Position numbers and translations under genes: made by a program
Notes under the pieces: model-generated
The model's database searches: none
Told to the model about the DNA's origin: nothing
What the model saw: the letters and a program-made list of their open reading frames with translations, nothing else
Origin: a virus
Reading direction: 5' to 3' (one strand)
IMG/VR virus record: IMGVR_UViG_3300025154_000065
Span: 1 to 64,000 of that record
DNA length: 64,000 nucleotides
Shown here: positions 52,647 through 64,000 of the stretch, piece by piece
Layout: every line of letters starts with the position of its first letter
Position numbering within the stretch: position 1 is the stretch's first letter

Positions 52647-54524
52647 TTAATTTATTAATTGTTTGGCATTTGTTTTTATCTTAGCCGCAAAATCACGACC
52701 ACCTAAAACTGCCGCAATATCTTTTATATTTGCATTCGCAACTTCTTCAATATTGTGAAAACCAGCATTGTATAGTAATTTGGCTCGCTTGCCGCCTATC
52801 TTTGGAATCTTTACTAATTGAACCATATTTTCGTCGATCCCATAGATAATGCGATCAGGCAATATTTTCCATAAATCATCTTTTCCCCACCTAGAGAAGC
52901 GGGAATCTATCATGGAAATTGCTTGGACACAGCGTTCGATATCATATCTCACAGTACGCATCAATGGCGCAATTGCTCCTTTCATTTCATCGCCTTTAAG
53001 AAGAGAGTAAGTTGCAAGAATAAAATGTCCATTGAATCCATTTGATTCTATCCCTCTATTTCTAAGCTTCCATTGTATTTCTGAAACTTCTGCCGACAAT
53101 TCCTTCGGGGTGTAGTTCCATGTATACTCTGGTCTATTCGCCAATGCCCAAGACAGCGTGTAATCATCAAGTTCTATTTCATTTTTAAAGATTTTGTTGA
53201 AATTGACGTAAAATGCATAAATATCGTAGGGAGATATGTACAACCAAGAACTGATCTGACCTAGATTTGTTATATTATAACTAAAATTCCCGTCGGCGCT
53301 TTCAACCATTGACATTCTTTCCAAATCCGAAAACAATCCCTCTGCATCATCTAATGTAAAATCTTGATTTTGAAGGAATGCTAATGATCTTTGATACCAT
53401 TGTAGCATTTGTTTTGCATTTCTAATATTCCCAGTGCTGATTTCTGCCAAGGTATGGAAGGCAAGTATTCTATGATCGTTTAATACAGAATCAACATCTC
53501 TAGGATTTTTGAATACTTCTTCCCAATGAGATTTAGAACCATAAGGAATGATAAGATTTACAAATCCAGCATCATCAATACCGTAGCGTCCCGCTCTGCC
53601 CGAAGCCTGCGCTATATCCATAGAATCTACTTCTTGCATACCTCTGTGAATACCTGTTATAATACAATTGCGTGCAGGTGTGTTACATCCCCACGCAAGT
53701 GTATTCGTGGATACTAATACTCTTAATCCTCCTTGTCTATTTTTAAATGAATCTTCTATTTCTTTACGATCCTCAAAATCAAGATCGGCATTATGGAATA
53801 ATGCATCTTCGCCTAATTGTTTTAATTCGTGTACAATCTTTCTTCCTGTTCCTTTGTCCCAAACAAAAATAAGGTATTTTTCATCAGGTTTTTCCATAGC
53901 AGTTTGTACAGCGGTATCAATTTTTATCTTTTGAGTCGCTTGATAGTCCATTCTTCCGTAAGAAGATATTGCTGTATTATATTGAATATAATTCATTTGA
54001 AGTTGAACTGGACGCCAATTGCAATTAATAATTTCTGTCTTCTTCCCATTAAGTCGAGTTGTCCACTCTCCTAGTTCTGATACATTGGGCATGGTAGCAC
54101 TGAGAAGTAATATTCTTGCATGTGGATTAATTTGAGAGAAACGCATGATTCCTACTTCTACTGCTGGACCGCGATCCATTGCAAGGATATGACTCTCATC
54201 GACAATCAGTAATCCTACATTGAGAAGCCATGTATATTTCTCTGATTTCATTTTACGAGTTACTGAATCAAGTAATTCAGATGTGGTAATGATGATATCA
54301 GAAGTTGCAGCTTCGGCCATTTGTTTTGCTCTAACTTTTTCATTGTAAAGAGTATCGCCTGTAAGCATAAGGACTTTGTGATTAGGGAAGCGTTTATCCC
54401 ATTCTTGTTTCTTCTCGCTCCCGAGTGCTTTCAAAGGAGCCATATATAAACATTTATTTCTAAAATATCCATCATCTGGTTTGTATTCTTTGAGATCTTG
54501 TTTTATAAATTCTCTTCTACTCAT
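52647..54524 (-). CDS. Ski2/Hel308-like helicase lacking Q motif and Walker A
   Basis: APLKAL, TGD, DESH, LSAT, HNA, STNTLAWGCN, QASGRAGR, C-terminal HhH. Confidence 0.85.
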   Translation of the reverse strand: MSRREFIKQDLKEYKPDDGYFRNKCLYMAPLKALGSEKKQEWDKRFPNHKVLMLTGDTLYNEKVRAKQMAEAATSDIIITTSELLDSVTRKMKSEKYTWLLNVGLLIVDESHILAMDRGPAVEVGIMRFSQINPHARILLLSATMPNVSELGEWTTRLNGKKTEIINCNWRPVQLQMNYIQYNTAISSYGRMDYQATQKIKIDTAVQTAMEKPDEKYLIFVWDKGTGRKIVHELKQLGEDALFHNADLDFEDRKEIEDSFKNRQGGLRVLVSTNTLAWGCNTPARNCIITGIHRGMQEVDSMDIAQASGRAGRYGIDDAGFVNLIIPYGSKSHWEEVFKNPRDVDSVLNDHRILAFHTLAEISTGNIRNAKQMLQWYQRSLAFLQNQDFTLDDAEGLFSDLERMSMVESADGNFSYNITNLGQISSWLYISPYDIYAFYVNFNKIFKNEIELDDYTLSWALANRPEYTWNYTPKELSAEVSEIQWKLRNRGIESNGFNGHFILATYSLLKGDEMKGAIAPLMRTVRYDIERCVQAISMIDSRFSRWGKDDLWKILPDRIIYGIDENMVQLVKIPKIGGKRAKLLYNAGFHNIEEVANANIKDIAAVLGGRDFAAKIKTNAKQLIN

Positions 54525-55846
54525 AAATATCTCCTATTTTCATTAGAGATTTCATTTATAGCATCTTTAATTGCATCTGATAAAGACTCCATTACTATTC
54601 CTGCAATCCTATTTTTAGATAGGTGTCTTTTATGCATACGCAAATATTTAAGGAATATTGATTTAATGGCAAGATAAGATTCTTCTTGTAATTGACCCAC
54701 CAATCCTCTTGATTTTTCCATAGCATCTCCTTATACTTCAATAAATTTAATTTTCTTTCCACACCAAGGACAAAAATTAATTTCTGCCGACCAATTAGTT
54801 GAAGTAGTCTTACCTCTATTCCCTAGAACTGGAACTTCTTTATGTGCTGAAATATATACGGCATGGTTGTCAATAGCATTCTTCATCGTTTCACAACATG
54901 TTCTCATTGATGAGATGTTGTGGCCGCAGTATCTTATAATAAATTCATCTTCATCTTGATCTTGATCATCAAGATTGATATAATCATCTGTTCTTTCATG
55001 TAGAAGATGACTTTGCAATACTCTTAATCTATCAAGAATAATATTGTATAATTTCCTATAGTTTGAATTAACATGATGCTCGGTTCTTTGTATTTCTAAT
55101 TCATTGATGATTGAATCAAGATTGATATCACCATTAACTTCTTTTTTATAATTATCCTCTACTGATTTATTCAATTCAGGATCTTTTGCCCAATAAAATC
55201 TAATACTATTTCTAGCACACGTCTCAAGGAATTCCAAAAGAGTAACATCTCCAAGTATATTGGCTTTATAGAAAGAACCACCAGCTTTTTCAAAAGCCTG
55301 TCGGAGATTTTCAGTAGTCTCAATATCCTGTTCAAAAAATTTAAGTCTCATTCTGTCATCCATTTTATTTCTCCATTATATCAGTAAGATTAATAATAGA
55401 TTCTTTCTTCTTCAATCCATTTATTGCAGTAATGATTCCACCTGCTGATATAAATACAGTAGCAATCAACAAAGCAAGAGTTCCTTCTATCTCATGAATA
55501 GCTGATTGCTACTGATAAAGGATTTGAAGTCCCCAATATACGTGTAAAGCACCCAATGCAAAGAATATGTAGCTCATTTTATATCCTTTCATATTTCTTT
55601 ACAAATACTCTATTTTGTCCCAAGACATTATCATCAGTAATTTCTTTAATCTCATTCAATTCTACTAAACGATCTACACATGCCATTAATAACCAACTAT
55701 CTCCAGTAGTAGCCTTGAGAGCCTTTCCCATTGTAAAAGCACCAGCAGTTTCAAGAAGATTATGAATAAAATCTCTTACTTTAAGGAAGACTTTTTGTCC
55801 TTCATCTGTAAATATTTCATGTTTTAATTCTTCATAATTATACATA

Positions 55847-57982
<2,136 letters not shown>

Positions 57983-58881
57983 TTATTCCAGATATTTTAA
58001 TTGATCCACCTGGAATTTCTCTGACATAAACAGATCTATTCTCATCCAAATTTTTGCACTTACAAAAGGTAGAATTCATTGTCAGACTCCTTTGTTTTGA
58101 TTACATTGATTGCTTCAATCTCAAAATTATTGAAATCATTTGTTTGTATTGTTAGAATCTTATGAGTCTCTTCATTGATTAATCCACCCGGATCATAATC
58201 CCATTCTGTACCACCTGGGGCATAATAAGTTCCAGTCTTTACAAAATGTATATTACTAACAAATCCTTCAACATCAAGAAATCTTTCAACATATTCTATA
58301 TAAATTTTTCTTTGCTTTCCTCCAAATCCTGCATTTTTACATTGAACATATGCAATAGCTTTTGCAATCTTCTCTTCACAAAAAGAATATAACCTAATAT
58401 CTTCTTCAAATAATGAAAATTCATCTTGGATATTAAAGATATCTTTTAAAAACTTCTGTATATCTTTATGATGATCTTTAAGGACTACCTTAGTTTGTTC
58501 TTTGAAATCCATAGGATATCCACAGCGAATAAAAACATCAGGTTTGATTATTTTTACATAATCACCTACACGAATGATTTTAGGATCTTTTTTCTTAGAC
58601 ATATTATTCTCCATTAATTTGATCAAAAATAAAAACTACGGCAAATATAACAATTGCAAAAAACAGAAAGATAATGAAAGTTACAAATAGGGAAGCAATT
58701 ATTTTTATATGACATATCCAAATAAAGAGATTTGTTGAAAAAGATTTTTCAATATCAAATCTATTCCATATCATGCTAATCATTAGCATAAGCCATGAGT
58801 ATGATACGGCACCTAGATTAATAAGTTGACATACTCCAAGAGATGGATATTTATCGGACAATTCTTTAATTTTACTCATTT

Positions 58882-59781
58882 TTAAACTCCATATTTTAAA
58901 ACATGGTCAATTATTAGCTCGGCGCAGATAGTCTTCCCTGCACTGGTCGAAGCTGAAATTATCATATTGCAGTCTTTATCTCTAAGGGGCATCACAAGGG
59001 ACTGCACCGGATTAAACTCTAAGAATTTATATTTCCAGTCGGGATATGTTTCTGTTCTGATTCTTTCAACTTCATCTCCTGTAATTGGCTCGATTTTATC
59101 ATACCTCGGCCTGTCAGACACTTCTGGAATATCTTTGCCTTCCTCTGCCTTCGATTCATTCCTTTGATCTTCATTTCCTTCCTCCTCAAATAGTTTGTCA
59201 ATAAATGATTGAATAGCTTCTGGATCTTCTGCCTTTACCTTTGCTTCAAAGGTAAGATATCCCTTTGGGCTTTGTTCCCCTAGAACATAAGGAAGTTGAT
59301 TATCTGTCAGGCGACCAAAGCGATTGAGGTTCTCTAGGAGAGATTGTGCAAAATTACTTCTCTTTAGAACCTTTGATTCAAGAATGGCTTTTACATAGGC
59401 CGGATCAGTTTGACTCCACATTTTTACAGTAGGTTTCTTTTTGATCTCAATGTCTTTTGTATTCTGTAAAAACTCGTTAATCCTTTGTTGAATACGATCT
59501 TTGATAAGAGTTGCGCCTTCAACTCGATTAATCCTCTTACCTTTGCCGCAGATGTTATCATTGAGTTTATCATAGAAACAAACTCTTATTGCGTCAGTAC
59601 CAATATCCCTTGTTTGATTTGTAAATTTATCAACTGAAGAATAAATACGAACAGCCAGGTTTTCTTTATCTGTATTGATTTGGTAAATATATTCTTTGCT
59701 TCTAAAATCATTAATGACTTCAAAATCTTTCGGAAGCCATTCTTCAAATTCCTGTTTTGTTACAGTGACAAAATTTGACAT
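58882..59781 (-). CDS. Unknown N-terminal domains fused to helicase Q motif + Walker A
   Basis: C-terminus FLEFNPVQ...NMIISASTSAGKTICAEL, then a stop 10 residues later. Confidence 0.7.
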   Translation of the reverse strand: MSNFVTVTKQEFEEWLPKDFEVINDFRSKEYIYQINTDKENLAVRIYSSVDKFTNQTRDIGTDAIRVCFYDKLNDNICGKGKRINRVEGATLIKDRIQQRINEFLQNTKDIEIKKKPTVKMWSQTDPAYVKAILESKVLKRSNFAQSLLENLNRFGRLTDNQLPYVLGEQSPKGYLTFEAKVKAEDPEAIQSFIDKLFEEEGNEDQRNESKAEEGKDIPEVSDRPRYDKIEPITGDEVERIRTETYPDWKYKFLEFNPVQSLVMPLRDKDCNMIISASTSAGKTICAELIIDHVLKYGV

Positions 59782-61181
59782 ATCTATTCCTTTTCTAGGT
59801 CAATTTCATCCACTAATTTAATCCAGTGATGAAAATGTTTTGATTCCTTATTTAATTTCAGAATAAATTCATCTATTTTAGATTTATCTCCTTTTATAAT
59901 AGCAAAAGGTTCAGGCCATTCTTGAATTAATGTATAATTCCTTCTCATTATAATGTATTCTGACATATCTATTCCTCTGCTATTGTATAGGTTGAATGTG
60001 GACAATTACCTATCTTATGTTTTTTGATTGTTCCATCTTCATGCCAACAATAAACATAAGTGATATCTTCATCACATGGTCGTGTTGTAAAATGGAAGCA
60101 AACTTCTGTATAAGCTTTTTTCTTATCACAAAAACAAATTTTATGACTATATGGATCAAAAAGTTTATTATTGGGCGGATAGCTTATATATTTATCACCT
60201 GGATTAGTTTTGTTAAATGTAATATTCTTTTCACGGCATTTATCGTAAATTTGTAATCTTAATTCAACATATTTTTCGTATAAAGACGGCAAATTATATC
60301 TCTTTTGAATCTCTTTTGCCATAGCCAAGGTATTTATTCTCTTGTTCATATCTATCTCCTTTTTAGCATAAAAGTGATTTTGCCATCTGAAGGAATAATA
60401 TAAACTTCATAATTATCCTGTTGTGTTTCTAATATGATAATTTCTTCATACTCAGGATTTTTGTTAATCATTCTGTCAATTAAATATTCCTTCTCATCAT
60501 CAATATGTGACCAAGGAACACCTTCGATTGATTCTCTACCAATCAAACTACATTCTTCCCAACACTCCCATTCATAAATATTCCCATCTTTGTCAACAGT
60601 AATAAAATAATTCGATCTTTCTATTAACATGTTATTCTCCTTTTGATTGTAAGTTCCATTCAATACTTCCATACTGTCCTCCATACATAAAAATATGGAG
60701 GACAGGAGTAAATATTGATCAGATTACAAAAGTTTCTTTACCTTTCCAATTCCTTCTCATTTCTTTAAGTTGATCATTTACACATTTCAATCTATCTCCG
60801 CTCATTTTGACAAATTTAAGCTGATCCTGAAAGTCATTTTCTTCATAAAAACAATCAACTTCAAAAATACGTTGCCATACATTCTTTTTTGATCCTGTGA
60901 ATAATATATCGTCTTTATTACTTAGCCATACATGTTCAGGGAAGTTGAAATATACAAGAGGAAGTTGATCTTTCTTCAATGCCATTATCTTTTTAATTCT
61001 TCTTCCTTCAACTCCGCTTGACAATACTTCTTTTCTAGTCTTTATAATAATACTCATTTTCTTCTCCTTCGATATCTACGCTTTTTAGGTTTTGGCCTGC
61101 CAAAGAGAAACTCAAAGAATATAGTTATGATTGTAGCAAGAATCATTTTACCTCTTTTCTGACCAGAAGAGAGAGGATTGT

Positions 61182-61562
61182 TTAGACTTTGGCTTTGGGC
61201 TGATTATATCTCACATAAGCGTCTTTCGGAGATTTCTTATAGGCTACTGATTTGATCTTATCAATTTGTCGTGCGGTAAGACCAGCACCTACGAGAGCCG
61301 CTTCAAGCTTTGCCTTATCAACTGTTACAGACTCAGACTCAGGATAATAAGTGCAAGATCCAAGTTTATCATCAACAATTGCATCAAATCCTTGTGCGGT
61401 AAGGAAATCAAGAAGTTCTTTGCTAACTTCTTCCTTTTCTACTTCAAGATCAATTTCAATTGTTTTGAGTTTTCCACGTTGAGTAAGAAGTTCAATAGCC
61501 TTCTTCTTCACAGAATTCTTCATATCATCCACTTTTACTTTAACCAATTCGACTTTAGCCAT
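61182..61562 (-). CDS. hypothetical protein
   Basis: Strong RBS; coiled-coil N-terminus. Confidence 0.55.
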   Translation of the reverse strand: MAKVELVKVKVDDMKNSVKKKAIELLTQRGKLKTIEIDLEVEKEEVSKELLDFLTAQGFDAIVDDKLGSCTYYPESESVTVDKAKLEAALVGAGLTARQIDKIKSVAYKKSPKDAYVRYNQPKAKV

Positions 61563-63190
61563 TGTTTTTCTCCTTCTTAGATTTTTCTGCTAGTTTTGCC
61601 TTAATAAATCTTGCAATATTGGTATTCTTTTTGAATATTGTACCATCGCAAGATACTTCGCCATTATCTTTGACTTCTACTACTAGTACAATCTTATTCT
61701 TCACAAATTATATCTCCTTTTCTGTTGCGTCTTTATACCAAAGTTCTACGAATTTAATTAGGCCGAGTTTGGGGAATGCTTTTTTGAATAGATCAAAACT
61801 TTTAACAAATGCCATCAATTCGTCATCATCCACTGTAAATATCTCTTCTTGGTCTTCTTTAACAAGTTGTTTCTTTGCATTCCTTCTTTTATCCTGGTTA
61901 AGATGTCTTTTTGAATCAACACTCATTAAATCATCCTTAGAATCTATAATCATTTCCAACGCTTCGGTATCACTGATGACTTCTTTGATAAATGTATTTG
62001 GTGGTCGTTCTACTATCAATCCAGATACAAGAAGTAATCCTCTCACTCTACTCGGAGAGGTAAGATATTTTGATGTAAAATTACTGATATCTTTATTTAA
62101 AAATGAGTCTTTGGGCAAAGCCTTATAACATTGCCAAATCTTTTCCATCTTTCCTTTTGCTCGTGGATGCAAAGAATTGAATTTGTTTTGGTAATCTTCA
62201 CTTAATCCTTCCATTACCTTTTGAAAAATTTCATTCATACTCAAACTCCTACATGGCAAGATTGGTTGTTCAGAATACGCATCAATCTTAACCTTGCATG
62301 GTTTTTTATATTTTGGTTGATATTTCTCCTCCTGGTAAACAATTCCAATACATGGATCAATTGTATTAATCGGTTCTTCAATGGTAGAAATAATTAGTGG
62401 ACTTCCATTTAAATATACTCCATCAACCTTCTTTATATCCTTTCTCATTTTTTTTGTTCTCCACAAATAGGCAACACGTACACCACCCAATTATTACACC
62501 AAGCCAGAAAGCAACTAATATCCAATACATCTTCTTCTATCCTTTCTATAAAGGGTTACAAAATCATTAACTGATTGTTCAGTTTCTCTGTAGAGAATTG
62601 TTACTTTATCTATTTCTTTCATTTTCTTAATAGCCTCATTGTCATCTTGTGCTTGAAAACATCCATAGGCTTGTTTATCGGCTTCATAAAAGTAAATCAT
62701 TTTAACCCTCCCTTTGTTTATGGTATTATACAGGTGTTTTAATGTATCAATCACATAAAACCATACACGACACAACAAAGCGCACAAAGTCCTTCAGATG
62801 GTCTAAAAACGACCTTATACGCTTCGCTTTGGCGTGCTCAGATTGACATTTTGAAGTGTCCGCATGGCCACGTTTTTGTGTCTTTATCGAATTCTCCTTT
62901 AATCATTTTGTTTTGACATAAGGCATCCTGCTAATGTAGCCTGTAAAATAGTCCCACTCATTTCTTGAGATCTTTTTAGTCCCTCAGAAATAGATTTTCC
63001 AGTTGCTTGATTTATTTTCTTTGCATTATCTTCTATTATATTAACAAAATTTCCAAGAGTTTTGCCAACAGATTCGTTTCCAACAACATAAAAAGAGTAA
63101 GACAATTCTTCAAGTCTTCTTGCAACATATCCCAATTCGTTAAGCGAATCATGGATATCTGTCAACCAATCTATATTTTTCTTTTCCATA

Positions 63191-63919
63191 TCACTCTCCT
63201 TTTACCGTGCGATTATATTTTGCAACCATTTTTGTAGAGAAATCCTTTACATGACAGATTTTATGTTCTTTCTTGTTTTGTGATTCATAAGACCAATCAC
63301 ATCCTGCAATGACATATCCATTACAATTAAGATAGATTGATTCATCCATAATACTAATTGTATCTCCATAATGCTCAAATCTAAATTTCTCTTTCCTGTT
63401 TTCTTTTTCTCCCCATCCAGCCCTTCCTTCTCTTATAATAAAAGGTTCGTAATTATATTTTTTACTTATTCTAGGGTGAACCAAATCAGAATTACCCATC
63501 TCATATTCGGCCCATTCTTCAAGTTTATAAATATGTTTGTAGATTTGTGTCTCATGGTACTTATCATTTGAATAACTGATATTACTTATTTCATTTTCGC
63601 TACATTGATTGTAAACATAGGTTAGAGTTTCAAGAAAAGATGGTGTGATTTTCTTTGCATTAGTGGCAATGTAAAAGTTGCTGATATCAACTCCATAATG
63701 ATTTGCAGATATCATTACATTTCTGATAATGTGAGGAACAAGTGAAGGTTCACCACCTGTGAATGTTATACAGCCAACACTATCAATCTTTGAGAAGAAC
63801 TCATTTACATATTCTATCTTCATAGATTTGTTTTGCGGTTCTCCACGAAGACAATGTTTACATCTCGTATTACATCTCCGTGTTACTTCAACAACTAATG
63901 AATCTATGTGAAGATTCAT
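63191..63919 (-). CDS. Radical SAM protein
   Basis: EVTRRCNTRCKHC, FTGGEP, ATN motifs. Confidence 0.85.
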   Translation of the reverse strand: MNLHIDSLVVEVTRRCNTRCKHCLRGEPQNKSMKIEYVNEFFSKIDSVGCITFTGGEPSLVPHIIRNVMISANHYGVDISNFYIATNAKKITPSFLETLTYVYNQCSENEISNISYSNDKYHETQIYKHIYKLEEWAEYEMGNSDLVHPRISKKYNYEPFIIREGRAGWGEKENRKEKFRFEHYGDTISIMDESIYLNCNGYVIAGCDWSYESQNKKEHKICHVKDFSTKMVAKYNRTVKGE

Positions 63920-64000
63920 AATTCAAACCTCCTATAAGTATTGTTGATCCGTTAAGTGAATATCGAATTGATTGTCTCTAAGTAGATCTGTCAATACCGC

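Overview
A 64-kb segment of a large, AT-rich tailed dsDNA phage genome. The first ~1.3 kb is a visibly GC-richer + strand end of a tail/receptor-binding-like gene. The rest is densely packed and encoded on the - strand. It holds a near-complete self-encoded replication/recombination/repair set: DnaE with a fused UDG domain, clamp, clamp loader, primase, DnaB-like helicase, SSB-like, RecA, UvsY-like, SbcCD, 5'-3' exonuclease, resolvase, NAD ligase and two SF2 helicases. It also holds nucleotide-metabolism and DNA-modification genes, two conventional tRNAs and many small hypothetical ORFs. The standout feature is at ~31.4-34.55 kb: a divergent Ro60/TROVE-vWA gene preceded by five non-coding RNAs sharing one structural module (helix, UACU/GAYUU internal loop, 8-bp helix, WUACAUG loop). 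The module is joined to tRNA parts in a different topology each time: whole tRNA, circularly permuted tRNA, acceptor+T arm, acceptor+anticodon arm, or module alone. An HNH gene and a tRNA-Pro lie in the same apparent operon. Other oddities are a 200-nt tRNA-like RNA with a giant insertion, a Hel308/Ski2-like helicase split across 4.3 kb, a split SbcC, and a C5 methyltransferase with a nested alternative-frame subunit. All calls come from reading motifs and base-pairing by eye; no searches were run.
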